Shown here piece after piece: positions 1 through 10,931 of a DNA stretch of 64,000 bases. The position numbers and the translations under genes are program-made. Below the pieces are notes generated by a model. The model was not told the origin of the DNA. It searched no databases and saw only the letters and a list, made by a program, of their open reading frames with translations. The stretch's first letter is position 1. Every line of letters starts with the position of its first letter. Source of the DNA: an uncultured virus (IMG/VR IMGVR_UViG_3300030104_003133) (taxonomy: Duplodnaviria > Heunggongvirae > Uroviricota > Caudoviricetes); the IMG/VR virus record IMGVR_UViG_3300030104_003133. One strand, given 5' to 3'.

Positions 1-3
1 ACA

Positions 4-2298
4 TTACACATCTTCTTGTTCCCTCCTTTTTCTTTCTGCTAAATCTCTTAATGCTTGCATTTGAGTAGGAGTAGACGTTGGTACTTTCTCCTTCTTACCT
101 GTGGTTGGATTGGTTCTAGTTTTAATCTTACCCTCGGAATCATATTCGTATATAGTCTTGTAAGGGTCGGCTTCTTTTTCCCTTCTCTTTCTATTTGCTT
201 CTTCCTTAGCCTTCTGTTTTCTTTCCTCTTCAAGTCTAGAAGTTTCCTGTGCAAATTGTTGTTGCATTGGAGTTTCCATACCTTCTCTACTTATCTCTTC
301 CAACAAAGTATCGTATTCAGGAATAAAGGTCTTCATTTGTTGATACTGAGAATTTACGTCCTGTTGTGTCTTTCGTATGGACGTTTTGATACCTGCTAAA
401 TCTAAATCTGTATCTCTTTGTCCTTCTGATAACAAACCAGACCATTCAGCACTTTCTGGTATTTGATACCTGAATCCTTTTGCATCCATAAAAGCCTCAG
501 TTAATTTTACTGATGCATTGAAATAAAATTTACTTTCTTTGAATAGTTTTTCCATAGACTTGATTAGTTTCTTATATCCTTTCTTAATATGTTCATCTCT
601 ATCATGAGTATCATCAGGTGCGTCTTCTAATAACTGTGCAAACGTTTCATTAAACTCAGCAATTATCTTACTATCAGACCAACCCTCTAATCCTTCTTCG
701 TCTTCTCCCTCTCGTAAAAAGAACTTGTCTGATAAAACGTCCCAAGTAGCAGTTACAGAAGTATATTTATTCAACAATTTACTCAAGTCAGATTCGTTAT
801 TTAACGCTAACAAATCATCGTATTCTATATCTTGAGGGTATTCTTTTGCATTTACTTGTCTTGCTATTTGAGATACATTTGTCTTTGCAGTCCTAAGTTT
901 TTGCATTAATCCTTTTATTTCTGATGTTGAAGCAGACTTTAGTTTAGGATTGATATCCTTTAGTCTTCTTACTAATGTGTTAAAGGTATCTCCCTCCTTT
1001 AACATTTGAATAATACTAGGGTGTAGGTTGTTTCTTTCTCCTGAAACATTCAAGGCCATATTGTATAGGAATTTATTATTTAGAATATTATTTACCTTCA
1101 ATCTTGTTTGTGTAGAACTAGATATTTCATCAGCATTCAATTCTCGTATTGCTTGAGCCAATGCCTCTTCTTGATTAGTTAATTCTCTATCTACCTTTTT
1201 GCTTCTCTCCTTTAACTTAGGAGTTAGTTTATCTATAATTTCATCTGAAAAACTAGGCAACCTTAATTGTCTTATTGCTCGAATCAAAGTGTTCTTTACA
1301 TCTTTAGGTCTTATTTCAGATGTTATTAGAAGTTCCTTTTCTGCCTTTCCTGTTTTCTGTTGCCTCTTTAGTGAGTCTATCTTGGATTGTAATCTAGTCT
1401 TGGCTGCTAATTTATCTTTCTTACTTGTAGTAAGAGTATCTAATTTATCATACAATTCTACTCTTTTCTTGTAGTTTTCAATCCCGGCAGTAAATGTTTC
1501 ATCATACTTCCCATCTACTTCATTTCTAGGTTTTCTAGATTCAGACTTCCCATCCTTTATTTTCTCATCTGGGAACTTAGGAGAATAATTGAAAGTGCCA
1601 GTAAATGCATCACGCATAGCAGTTTTGATTTTGAAGAATTCTGTTATTGGATTGTCTTTCTTAGCCTTCTCTCTAACTTTAGAAGCCTGTGTAATCTTCT
1701 CCTCTAACTCCTCTATTCTTTCTTCTGCTTCTTTTCCTCTAGCCCCTTCTAGTTCATCTAATTCATCATAGAAAGGCTTAGTTGTTTCATCGAATGTCTT
1801 TTCTGCCTCTACATTAGTATCTAATTTTTTAGATGCTTGTTCCCTTTGTGGTTTGTTCAACTCAGTAATCTTTAACTTCTTACCCTTTTCATCGGTGATT
1901 TTTGTATCTATCTCCAATAGTTCCTGATATCTAGACTGTAATTTAGTTAGTCTGTCAACAATCTTTTGAAGAGTGGTTATTCTGTTCTTGAAAACTTTCT
2001 GCTCACCAGTTTCATCAATCAACTTTAACTGTGCCTCAAGATTTTTTATATCTCTCTTGATTTTATCTTTGGCTTCCTTCGGTAGTTTAGTATCAGATTT
2101 TTGTTGTTCATCTATTGCTTTGTCTACCACCTGCATTATAGTCGGTACTGGTGCGCTAAGTCCAGTCATTCTTTCTAATGCCTTTTCTAATTCCCTGTAT
2201 AGTGGTCTAGATGTATAGTCTTCTTTTACAATAGGCATAGATTTCTCCATGACCATCGGCTTAGACTTTAATACATCCATAAAAGTCATACTTACCAC
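4..2298 (-). CDS. Large K/E-rich coiled-coil protein, probable internal virion protein
   Basis: 764-aa ORF in the head block; N-terminus MTFMDVLKS resembles the W/F-x-x-VLK tag. Confidence 0.5.
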   Translation of the reverse strand: MVSMTFMDVLKSKPMVMEKSMPIVKEDYTSRPLYRELEKALERMTGLSAPVPTIMQVVDKAIDEQQKSDTKLPKEAKDKIKRDIKNLEAQLKLIDETGEQKVFKNRITTLQKIVDRLTKLQSRYQELLEIDTKITDEKGKKLKITELNKPQREQASKKLDTNVEAEKTFDETTKPFYDELDELEGARGKEAEERIEELEEKITQASKVREKAKKDNPITEFFKIKTAMRDAFTGTFNYSPKFPDEKIKDGKSESRKPRNEVDGKYDETFTAGIENYKKRVELYDKLDTLTTSKKDKLAAKTRLQSKIDSLKRQQKTGKAEKELLITSEIRPKDVKNTLIRAIRQLRLPSFSDEIIDKLTPKLKERSKKVDRELTNQEEALAQAIRELNADEISSSTQTRLKVNNILNNKFLYNMALNVSGERNNLHPSIIQMLKEGDTFNTLVRRLKDINPKLKSASTSEIKGLMQKLRTAKTNVSQIARQVNAKEYPQDIEYDDLLALNNESDLSKLLNKYTSVTATWDVLSDKFFLREGEDEEGLEGWSDSKIIAEFNETFAQLLEDAPDDTHDRDEHIKKGYKKLIKSMEKLFKESKFYFNASVKLTEAFMDAKGFRYQIPESAEWSGLLSEGQRDTDLDLAGIKTSIRKTQQDVNSQYQQMKTFIPEYDTLLEEISREGMETPMQQQFAQETSRLEEERKQKAKEEANRKRREKEADPYKTIYEYDSEGKIKTRTNPTTGKKEKVPTSTPTQMQALRDLAERKRREQEDV

Positions 2299-2504
2299 TT
2301 GTTTTCAGTTCTTCTCTTTTGTTTCTTAGGCAGTCCGATATAACCCGGAATGTCAGCCGAACCGGGTTTCTCTTTCTTGACTGTCTTAGGGTCAGCACCA
2401 ATATAATCGAAGTTTCTACTAGTTGTAACTTTACGCTCACTAGCCTCTCTTCTCCTAGCCTTGGCTAGTTCTTTCTCTAAATCTCTTACACTCTTTTCAC
2501 TCAT
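2292..2504 (-). CDS. Small basic hypothetical protein
   Basis: Start MSEKSVRD at 2504 follows GGTGA and overlaps the end of the upstream micro-ORF. Confidence 0.5.
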   Translation of the reverse strand: MSEKSVRDLEKELAKARRREASERKVTTSRNFDYIGADPKTVKKEKPGSADIPGYIGLPKKQKRRTENKW

Positions 2505-2619
2505 CTTTTTCACCTTTATCTTTTGCAGCCTCTTCCATAGACTCTTTCTTGTTCCCATCACCATCAAGGTCTAAGAAGTCTGGCTTCTTCTTCTTCTTTA
2601 CTATTTCTTCCCACTTCAT
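2497..2619 (-). CDS. 40-aa microprotein with EF-hand-like DLDGDG loop
   Basis: Own translation MKWEEIVKKKKKPDFLDLDGDGNKKESMEEAAKDKGEKDE; GGTGA upstream; below the ORF-track cutoff. Confidence 0.65.
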   Translation of the reverse strand: MKWEEIVKKKKKPDFLDLDGDGNKKESMEEAAKDKGEKDE

Positions 2620-2628
2620 TTTATCACC

Positions 2629-3324
2629 TCATTCTAAAAAACTTTCATCATACATATCTTCCCAATTCATTTTAAATACGTTTAAAATCTCTCTAATTTG
2701 TATTGCTGCTCTTTTAGCGTCAAACATTTCCTCATTAAAATCTTCTATTATATATTGAAGTGACCTTCTATATCTATTATTAGTACCAATTAGTTTTTCT
2801 AATCCTTTCATATCCGCCTCACTAAATTCTCTTAAGAGTTCATCAGGTATAATTCTTTTTAATTCCCTTCTTTTAGTTGCGGGTGTTTGCATACTGAAAC
2901 CATATTGACTTCTTTTGAGTCTTTTAACAGTACCATCCCATGCATTTTGAGCCATTCTATCTAACATTCTTTTATCTCTATCTTGTAAATTATCATACAA
3001 ATAAAACTTACCTTTAGTGTCTACAACTTGAACATTAAACCCGTCTTCTTCAATAGTTTCAGTTACACCATCAATTAAATTTTCATTTCCTACACCAACA
3101 TAATTTTCATGAAGGGTGTAAAGTTTAGTTTCAATTGTATTTATTGAGCGTTGCATATTATCTATTGCGTAATTTCCTCTAGGTCTATCCAATAATTCCT
3201 CTTTTGTTAGCCATATATCATTGAATGATTGTTGTTTTTCACTAGTTGGCCTAGTCCATCTTTGATACCAAGCAAGCAATGTTTTGAACCCAGATGATTT
3301 CTTTAGTATGATATTTTGCCACAC
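2629..3324 (-). CDS. Hypothetical protein with W-tag
   Basis: 231 aa, MWQNIILKK, coupled to the portal stop. Confidence 0.55.
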   Translation of the reverse strand: MWQNIILKKSSGFKTLLAWYQRWTRPTSEKQQSFNDIWLTKEELLDRPRGNYAIDNMQRSINTIETKLYTLHENYVGVGNENLIDGVTETIEEDGFNVQVVDTKGKFYLYDNLQDRDKRMLDRMAQNAWDGTVKRLKRSQYGFSMQTPATKRRELKRIIPDELLREFSEADMKGLEKLIGTNNRYRRSLQYIIEDFNEEMFDAKRAAIQIREILNVFKMNWEDMYDESFLE

Positions 3325-4976
3325 TATCCAACCCTCCTTTCAGTCCTTTTATCCACATTCTGATTACCCGCTTCTTTGGGTAGTCCGGTGAATCTTTGGT
3401 CTGGCCCTACACTCATACTTGGCTTATTTCTAGTTTGTCCCTTTACTTCTGCGGGCTTACCTGCTTCTTCTTTTGATGGTCTAGTACCTGCTTCCATCAT
3501 TTGTCCTAGTTGTGATTGGTCTATGTTTGTACCTGCATAGGGGTCAAGTTCTATTTCTTCTTGTTTACCCTTCTTTCCTTGTTGTATTTCTGGTGGAGGC
3601 TTTTCAAATGTAAACCTGCCTTCATCATCCATATCTACTTCAAACCCTAGATTCTTTATTGACGCAGCAATATTAACTTCGATTTCTCTCTTTCTTAATT
3701 TAGCAATAGCATCCTCTTCTTCCGATGGTGGTAGTTTTAACTGCCAATCTGTAATACCAAATTCTTTTGTTAGGAATGGCAAGACGTATTCGTTGTAAAG
3801 TGTCTGAGCCATCTCTACTGCTCTATTTGTTACAAGTATCTGCATACCCTCATTATTCAATCCACCACTAGCGGAATTGTCAGACATGAATATTTTACTC
3901 ACGCCATAGAATGCTGATATTCTATCTCTTAGGTCATCCTTCACAGAAACGTAATCCATTTCCTTTAGGCTATCCATGAATTTAATCCATTCAATAGAAC
4001 CCTTACCATTTTCTGCTTCAATACCCATAACAGGTATGAAGTGTGGGTCTTGTTCCATCTTTTCTTTGACTCCACGCCAGAAGGATTTCATTGAGTCTAT
4101 ATTTCTAGTCTGTACTGCAAGAAGTCCTCTTGGCATCCTACTCTTAGAATAAGATGAATTGACGTAGTTTTCCATAGCAAGTAATGTAGTGATATGATTC
4201 CATAATGTCAACACAGGGGATAAACCATACAATCTACTAGGGTTATACTTACTGAAATGTAATACTTCTCCCTCAATGTAATATTGTTCCTTACCATTCA
4301 CTCTATTGACATAGTGAACAGGGTACATCATATCACCGCACATTTCACATTGTCCAACAGGGTCTTGTGTTATTTGGTCACGGTGTTTAATACAAGTGAA
4401 ACCACTATTTCCTTTATCCCCATTTTGGTCTGCATAGATGTGCATGGTTACAGGGTCGCCACGATATATTTCCTTTATCTTGTGCATTCTAATTTTACCT
4501 GCATTGTCAATGTAGTATTCTTTGACTAGTATAATGTAAGCATCGTCCATGATATTCAAATCATCTTCTAACTCTTTTAGGACATCAATGAACATCTGCT
4601 CAGACGAATTGACATACTCATCTAAGAATTTGTGAGCATATCTCAATTGCTTCTTATCAGGTTTCTTTAGGTTCATAGAACCACAATCAGCACATTGTTT
4701 TACTGCACTTTGATGTTCATTACCACAGTCACCACACTTTGATGTAAATTTCTCTTCCCATGTATATCCTCTTCTGAATATTTCATTCTTTAACTGCGTT
4801 GTGCAGGTTCTTACAATTACAGAAGACTGAGCAACATGATAAAGTATTGGTGACGTTATCATGTAACTTGTGTCTTTTTCCTGTATTCCGGGGTTGAATA
4901 TCTTCCTATCCTCCGGCTTAGGGGTTCCCCTTCTAAACAAATTAGTAAGGGTAAATCTTCTTCTTTCTTCTACCAT
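3324..4976 (-). CDS. Portal protein with zinc-ribbon insertions
   Basis: HFSKYNP..LYGLSP, MPRGLL, ISAFYGV portal-like motifs; near the terminase; CGDC/CADC and C..H/CEMC inserts. Confidence 0.85.
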   Translation of the reverse strand: MVEERRRFTLTNLFRRGTPKPEDRKIFNPGIQEKDTSYMITSPILYHVAQSSVIVRTCTTQLKNEIFRRGYTWEEKFTSKCGDCGNEHQSAVKQCADCGSMNLKKPDKKQLRYAHKFLDEYVNSSEQMFIDVLKELEDDLNIMDDAYIILVKEYYIDNAGKIRMHKIKEIYRGDPVTMHIYADQNGDKGNSGFTCIKHRDQITQDPVGQCEMCGDMMYPVHYVNRVNGKEQYYIEGEVLHFSKYNPSRLYGLSPVLTLWNHITTLLAMENYVNSSYSKSRMPRGLLAVQTRNIDSMKSFWRGVKEKMEQDPHFIPVMGIEAENGKGSIEWIKFMDSLKEMDYVSVKDDLRDRISAFYGVSKIFMSDNSASGGLNNEGMQILVTNRAVEMAQTLYNEYVLPFLTKEFGITDWQLKLPPSEEEDAIAKLRKREIEVNIAASIKNLGFEVDMDDEGRFTFEKPPPEIQQGKKGKQEEIELDPYAGTNIDQSQLGQMMEAGTRPSKEEAGKPAEVKGQTRNKPSMSVGPDQRFTGLPKEAGNQNVDKRTERRVG

Positions 4977-4978
4977 TT

Positions 4979-6295
4979 TTAGAACTCCATTTTACTGTTC
5001 TGTTCAAGTTTAGAGATACTGTCTATGTCAATATCCCATGCTTTCCAATCAAATCTTGCATTGTCACTATGATTGTAATATTTCATTAGTTTGAATAACT
5101 CGCCTTTTCTATCCTTATACCAGTCTTCTTTCTTATTTTCTTTTTTAATTTTAATTAACTCTAATAAGACCTTAGCGTTGTTTTTCTTTAATTTAAAGTG
5201 AGGCAAACATTTGGTTAATAAATCTGTTATTTCTGCACCAGAATAAAAATTAAGTCTGTTAATTAATCTAGTATCTTGCGGGGATTTCTGGTCTAAATGT
5301 AGCCTTCCCATTCCTAATGATTTATGCATTTCTAACATGAATGCCTTACCTCTATTTCCTGTTGCTACTAAACCTACTCTTGGATTATGATTTTTATCCA
5401 TTGTAATATATCCATCTGAATCAATAAAGGCAGCAGTATAAGCCCATATATTCTTTTTAATCTCATCATTTATTTTATAATAAGCACCGTTAACACTTGT
5501 TATATTTTCATCCTTTGCTAACTTTGCTATTATTCGAGAAGAACTTCTATTTTGTAGTTTCTTAGGTAATTGGTCATGTATCTGTCTAGCAGATATACCC
5601 GGATTATAACAAACAGAATCTAGGATGGCCTTCCTAATTTCATCTTTAGGAGATGTGCTTATAGTAGTTTCCTTTAGTAATGATTTGAATACTTTCTTTT
5701 CATTAGTCATCTGCTTTGTAAGACTAGCATACTCTTTATTGAAAGATATGTCTTTTCTCTCTAAATCTGCTTCCCAATATTTACAAAGGCTATCTACCAT
5801 CTTTCTTCTTTTATCTTCTTCTTTGACTAAATACAATTTATACAATTGTTCTTCATTCAAAGTCATAGCCTGTAATGGAACCCTGTATTTTTTAATCCAA
5901 TGAATACTATCAATACACTTATTCAAGTGGTCACTATATGCATCTATTAAATTGTCAATAGATTTAGTAAATTCAATCTTAGGATTGCCTTTCAAGGTTC
6001 TTCTGTAATCTCTCATTTCTTTTACTATTGAGGGAACACCTCTACCTTTTATTGTATATTTTCTTGGATAACTAAACAAAGAATTCTTTGCTTGTGATAG
6101 ATTAATATCCCTTTCAGAAGCAAACAGTTTGATTAGGTCATCGTCACCCATCAATGGTTGTGATGCAAGCCAATCTGATGCATTTTTAGTTTCATCAATT
6201 ACTGCCTGTAATTCATCCTCGGCTTGACTAGCCTCTTCATCAACCTCATCCAATTTATCAGCAGTTTCCCGCATTTGTTCTGTTAACTTACTCAT
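4979..6295 (-). CDS. Helical + winged-helix + LAGLIDADG-domain protein
   Basis: YTAAFIDSDGYI motif with LPHFKLKK C-terminal pattern; NPGISARQIHDQL wHTH-like segment. Confidence 0.7.
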   Translation of the reverse strand: MSKLTEQMRETADKLDEVDEEASQAEDELQAVIDETKNASDWLASQPLMGDDDLIKLFASERDINLSQAKNSLFSYPRKYTIKGRGVPSIVKEMRDYRRTLKGNPKIEFTKSIDNLIDAYSDHLNKCIDSIHWIKKYRVPLQAMTLNEEQLYKLYLVKEEDKRRKMVDSLCKYWEADLERKDISFNKEYASLTKQMTNEKKVFKSLLKETTISTSPKDEIRKAILDSVCYNPGISARQIHDQLPKKLQNRSSSRIIAKLAKDENITSVNGAYYKINDEIKKNIWAYTAAFIDSDGYITMDKNHNPRVGLVATGNRGKAFMLEMHKSLGMGRLHLDQKSPQDTRLINRLNFYSGAEITDLLTKCLPHFKLKKNNAKVLLELIKIKKENKKEDWYKDRKGELFKLMKYYNHSDNARFDWKAWDIDIDSISKLEQNSKMEF

Positions 6296-6309
6296 TTACT
6301 TCACCTGTA

Positions 6310-7749
6310 CTAAAAATTCAGCCCTGCTATTCCCACAGGAACACCAATTACGGGCGTTTGTGGGCCATCAAATAATTCTAGGTCGTCAAGGAGCATGAAA
6401 GACTCAGAAGGCGTTTGTGCAGCCGCATTTGCTAACGCTAGTGCCATCACTAGGTCATCGTGCGCACCTACTCCTTCAAACTTTCCAGAATCGGTTATTG
6501 AAAACATAGATAATTCTTCTATAATGTTCATAGTCATTTTTCTGCTATTGTTATCTCCATAAGGAAGGTGCATTTTGTTGTTTTCAAAGTTCATTTGAAG
6601 TCCTAAGATAATTTCTTGCTTCTTTCTCCTAGTTGTATTGAAATCCCTAACGTTCATGTCTGTTACACTTCTTAATTCCTGAGTAAACGCCTTTGCGAAT
6701 GTATTTGTTTCATAAAGAACTACTTCTGGCTGAAATATTTGACCAATCAACTTAAGTTTCTCAATATTTTCTCTAAATTGCACGTTTTTCGCTCTATCAA
6801 CATGTACGATTGACTTATTCATGTTTTCATCCACTTCTAAGACCATAATTACATTGTAATCTCCATCAGTAGAGATAGCAGGGTCAACTCCAACGTAATA
6901 TTTGTAGCCTTTGTCTTTTCTATTGCCTAATCTAAGTATAAGATGCTCATTTTTTGCATTTTCTAGGTGTTCTTGACCAAATAAAGCCGTACCTGTTGAA
7001 ATCGGTATGCACAAATACTCTCTTGTGAATTTTAATGAGCCGATTTCTGCTTTTCTTTGCATTAGTGCATCATAATCCCACCTTTCAGGCCAAAGTGGGT
7101 CATTATTTGAATCTAAACATGGATATTTCCTTACAGTATATGCTTGATTCTCCTCTAGTTGAGTGAAAATATCAGTATATGTGAAAGGAGTGCCTATCAT
7201 TCTTAGATTAGCAGTATGATGTAGTGTTGGTATCATATCACCAAAGAACCAGTCGGTTACTCTATTGATGCCCGCTAAACTAAACTCTTTCAAAGGGTCG
7301 TCAATAATTATTTCTTGAGGGTGAAGACCACGAATCTGAGAACCTACCGACCTTTCTAGAATTGAATTGCCATTCGTTAATTGAATGTTACCAATAGCCC
7401 ATCCTCTTGACGGTCTAAACTTCTTTAGTTGTGGTAGGTTGAAATATCTGTCTATCTCTCTCATGTGAACTAATGTCTGCTTTTGGTTAGATGAAATGTA
7501 TAGCATCTGATATGGTGGTTCTTGGAAGACTAAATTCCATACTACCCATGAATGCATAAATACAGATTTTCCGTGGTCACGACTACAAACAATAACTGTT
7601 CTATCTGTATTTTCCATTGTTTCTAACCATTCTTGCATATATTCAGGGTACATCATACCCAATACATTCTGGAAGAAATATGGAAAGGAGTTCTTAGATA
7701 ATTCCATATCCATTCTATGAGCGAAATTTAAGTCTTCTAACTCACTCAT
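6310..7749 (-). CDS. terL: Terminase large subunit
   Basis: Walker A SRDHGKS, Walker B IIIDD, GTP coupling motif, nuclease GVDPA and HDDLVMALALA. Confidence 0.93.
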   Translation of the reverse strand: MSELEDLNFAHRMDMELSKNSFPYFFQNVLGMMYPEYMQEWLETMENTDRTVIVCSRDHGKSVFMHSWVVWNLVFQEPPYQMLYISSNQKQTLVHMREIDRYFNLPQLKKFRPSRGWAIGNIQLTNGNSILERSVGSQIRGLHPQEIIIDDPLKEFSLAGINRVTDWFFGDMIPTLHHTANLRMIGTPFTYTDIFTQLEENQAYTVRKYPCLDSNNDPLWPERWDYDALMQRKAEIGSLKFTREYLCIPISTGTALFGQEHLENAKNEHLILRLGNRKDKGYKYYVGVDPAISTDGDYNVIMVLEVDENMNKSIVHVDRAKNVQFRENIEKLKLIGQIFQPEVVLYETNTFAKAFTQELRSVTDMNVRDFNTTRRKKQEIILGLQMNFENNKMHLPYGDNNSRKMTMNIIEELSMFSITDSGKFEGVGAHDDLVMALALANAAAQTPSESFMLLDDLELFDGPQTPVIGVPVGIAGLNF

Positions 7750-8201
7750 ACATTTCTCTCCTCAAATTCTTGTATTCCTTTTTTATCAGCAGATTCTTCT
7801 TCACACTTCCGCCAAAACTCTAGCAGTTCTCTACCAGTTTTAACCATCAAGTCTAACTCACCTATTGAGATTTCACCACCTGCTTCTTGCATTGCTTCAT
7901 TTAATACTTCCATGCCACCATCATCTAAGTCTTCTAATAGTTGTAGTAGTTCATCAGAATCTAATTTACAATCAATATCCATAATGTACGAAACAAAGTC
8001 GTCATCAAGTTGGTTATACTGAGGCATTAGCCTGAGTCTTTCTTGTGTATATTCACAACAAGATTTTTCTTGCTTGTATGGTTTTAGATATGGCTTCATC
8101 CATTCTTCAACGGCCATTGGCCTATTGAGAATCCTTCTTGCCTCATCAAAGTCGTCAACTCTATTCTTGACAACATCAAACCAATCACTCATACTACTCA
8201 A
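7746..8201 (-). CDS. Acidic hypothetical protein with W-tag
   Basis: MSDWFDVVKN; overlapping stop/start. Confidence 0.55.
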   Translation of the reverse strand: MSSMSDWFDVVKNRVDDFDEARRILNRPMAVEEWMKPYLKPYKQEKSCCEYTQERLRLMPQYNQLDDDFVSYIMDIDCKLDSDELLQLLEDLDDGGMEVLNEAMQEAGGEISIGELDLMVKTGRELLEFWRKCEEESADKKGIQEFEERNV

Positions 8202-8509
8202 TATCCCCTATCCATTTTACTTGGTTGCATTAACTCTCTTGCTTTTTGGCAACAGTATCTAATTTTCTGAGTTGATTGTAGAAACCAAAAGGTGTCCTTC
8301 TCCAACCCAAACTTATTCTCTATGTGATTACATAGTTCCCTTCTTGTCATTGATTCAAAGTCATCATCTATTTCTAGACCCAAAATTGGCCCTGTTACCG
8401 GAGGCATTTTGCTATCTAGGTAGACATATATATGACCCATTACATCAATGAGTTTACTTATTACTCTATGTCGTAACTTCATTTTATCACCTGTATATTG
8501 CCTTAACAT
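8198..8509 (-). CDS. Hypothetical protein
   Basis: Fits the operon; probable start MKLRH after GGTGA. Confidence 0.5.
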   Translation of the reverse strand: MLRQYTGDKMKLRHRVISKLIDVMGHIYVYLDSKMPPVTGPILGLEIDDDFESMTRRELCNHIENKFGLEKDTFWFLQSTQKIRYCCQKARELMQPSKMDRGY

Positions 8510-10931
8510 GATAAATTATATCTTCATTTGTGCCATGTTTCTTAGCAAGCGACTCTAAACTATCTAACTCTACTACAATGTTAGAAATGTCATGTGCAGA
8601 TAATTCTACACCATATTGTGATTTGATTAAGTCAATTGTATCATTGACGTTATCATAGGAATCTGTTTCGCAAACACCATAGTAAGTAGGCTTCTGCATC
8701 ATCTTTCTAATTGCATCATGTGCATCAAGGAGTTGTTCTTGTGGCCCTGCTAGTTTTGTTTTCTTGTTAAAGGCATCATGCAACTCTTTGAATTCCTTGA
8801 TTGAATCTTCTTTGTTCTTATCCTTCTCCATCTCGGAAGACAATGCGTATATCATGGATATTAGTTTTCCATAATTTCCATCAGTTTCTTTATTCGTTGT
8901 CAAATCAGAAAGTTTCTTTCTATCTAAGTAATAATTGTCTAAATTGATATTACTGTTTTTACTAGCCATGTTTCTTAGTCTGTTGGCAAAGTAAGTTCTA
9001 TCCGCCTCTCTATCCTTTGGAAATAAGTCTGCTAGAATATCTAAGACTCTCTCTACCTTTTTGATAGTCATCTTAAATCCTCTTTCAGATGGTGCAGCCC
9101 GAAGTATCTTTCTGTACTCGTTAATATCCTCAAGGTCTGCGTTACTGATGAATGAGGTATATTCTGAAATATATGCTGACTGTATCAACTGAGATATCTC
9201 ATTCTTACCATGTGTAGTAATAGCAGATGAAGCCCTCTTGTCTAAGAATTTAGGTAGTGACTCGAATCTAAGCATGTTATCAGTTATTGGGTCAACATAA
9301 TATTTTTCTGCTAATTCTACTAATTCTAATATATCATCTGTGAATTTACCTAAGTCCTTCAATTTACCACTTCTACCTAATGAAGTAGATTCAAAGGCAG
9401 TTGTAACTTTACTTTCTTGTTCTCTTATTGCAGGGCTACCTTCTATACCATAGTCCTCTTGTAACCAATGATAAGGTAGTAGAGTCTTATCACTTGGTAG
9501 TTCTATCAACTCACCTATCGTTCTAAGCATATCAACATGGAATGACTCTATTTCAGTATAATCTAAGTCTGTGGAATCAACATACTTTTCGTATAGTTTA
9601 GCAACACTAGGAGTAAAAGGAAGATGATAAACAGACCTATCTACCTCAGATGCTTGGTCTTGTAATTCTTCTAAGTCTTCCAATAACTCCTCAAATAAAC
9701 CTACCATTTCTGGGTTTTCTTGTTCAACACCCTGAATCAGTATTCTAATGTCATTTGCCATTCTTTCTCTAGAAGTCTTGGTATGTGTTTGTCTAAGTAT
9801 TCCTGAATCTGCTGCAATAGCGTAAAGAGGGTCTACTTCATCAATGACCTTTAGTTTGTCAATATCTTGTCCCCATTCCTTTTCATACAATTCATCAGAA
9901 GACATACCTTGGAATGTAGTTTCTGCCATAGGAACACTTTCTCCTCCATCTTCTCCATAACCAGACATATACGTTCTGTACTCTTCATCTTCACCGCCTT
10001 CCTGTTCTCTTTCCGTAATTTCTCTTTCATCGTCACTATCGGCAGAAGCAGTTTCAGTAAATGCGGTATCTCCTTCTTGTATTATATGATTTAGATAACT
10101 ATACATTATGTTAGAAGCCATCAAAGATGACCCTTCATCTGTATCGGGATATGTAGGAATCTTAACTTCTGATAGTTTAATGATATAATTCATACCATCC
10201 ATCTTCTCATACAATTTGAATAGTTTCTCCAAGTCATCATTCAAATCTTCTATTACGAAGTCTGATGTTTTTAGTTTCAGTTTTTCTGATTCTAAATCCT
10301 CTTCTACTCTATCCCAAGAACGCATGATTGACTTTATCTTCTCCTTCATCTCAGAAAATAGAGGATGTTTCTTTTTGTAATAGTCATAGACTTTGTTTCT
10401 TGAACGAAGTAATCTCATATCCATTTCGCCAAAAATATCCTCAAAGTCAATTGTCATTTTATCTGAGTTGTCTATCTTGGCCTTTACCTTAGTTTCTAGG
10501 ATTGCCAAGGCAGACCTGAAAGTAGGATTTATTCTCTTTACCGTATCTATTACAGAAAGAATCTCATCGTCTTTGTAGCCTCTATTCCTAGTAATATTTT
10601 CCAGTCTTATACCTGCTTTCAAATCCTTGATTGTAAGTTTCTCTCCTTTGTGTCTAAAATATACACCTAATGATTCTAAGGATGCTTCCTTAGCCTCTTC
10701 GAGATTATCTCCTATACTGGATATGAATTTGTTAGTGTACTCTTCTGTGAATCCTTTGTCTAACAATACCTTTCTGTAACTCTCTTTGTTATCAGCATCC
10801 TTTGCTTCTTCAGGTACATGGCTAAGGCTAAACTCAAGATTCTTTAGGTTTTTAATGAATGCTTTACCTTCATCACCATATTTTTTTCTGAAAGGTCGCA
10901 ATGACATTTTGATGTAATCTTGCTCTATCAT
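8487..10931 (-). CDS. Large acidic helical protein, probable virion/head protein
   Basis: 814-aa ORF in the head block. Confidence 0.5.
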   Translation of the reverse strand: MIEQDYIKMSLRPFRKKYGDEGKAFIKNLKNLEFSLSHVPEEAKDADNKESYRKVLLDKGFTEEYTNKFISSIGDNLEEAKEASLESLGVYFRHKGEKLTIKDLKAGIRLENITRNRGYKDDEILSVIDTVKRINPTFRSALAILETKVKAKIDNSDKMTIDFEDIFGEMDMRLLRSRNKVYDYYKKKHPLFSEMKEKIKSIMRSWDRVEEDLESEKLKLKTSDFVIEDLNDDLEKLFKLYEKMDGMNYIIKLSEVKIPTYPDTDEGSSLMASNIMYSYLNHIIQEGDTAFTETASADSDDEREITEREQEGGEDEEYRTYMSGYGEDGGESVPMAETTFQGMSSDELYEKEWGQDIDKLKVIDEVDPLYAIAADSGILRQTHTKTSRERMANDIRILIQGVEQENPEMVGLFEELLEDLEELQDQASEVDRSVYHLPFTPSVAKLYEKYVDSTDLDYTEIESFHVDMLRTIGELIELPSDKTLLPYHWLQEDYGIEGSPAIREQESKVTTAFESTSLGRSGKLKDLGKFTDDILELVELAEKYYVDPITDNMLRFESLPKFLDKRASSAITTHGKNEISQLIQSAYISEYTSFISNADLEDINEYRKILRAAPSERGFKMTIKKVERVLDILADLFPKDREADRTYFANRLRNMASKNSNINLDNYYLDRKKLSDLTTNKETDGNYGKLISMIYALSSEMEKDKNKEDSIKEFKELHDAFNKKTKLAGPQEQLLDAHDAIRKMMQKPTYYGVCETDSYDNVNDTIDLIKSQYGVELSAHDISNIVVELDSLESLAKKHGTNEDIIYHVKAIYR

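Noticed and set aside
4979..6295. Intein or group I intron
   Set aside because: No C/S start or HN end splice motifs; terminase and portal are complete without it
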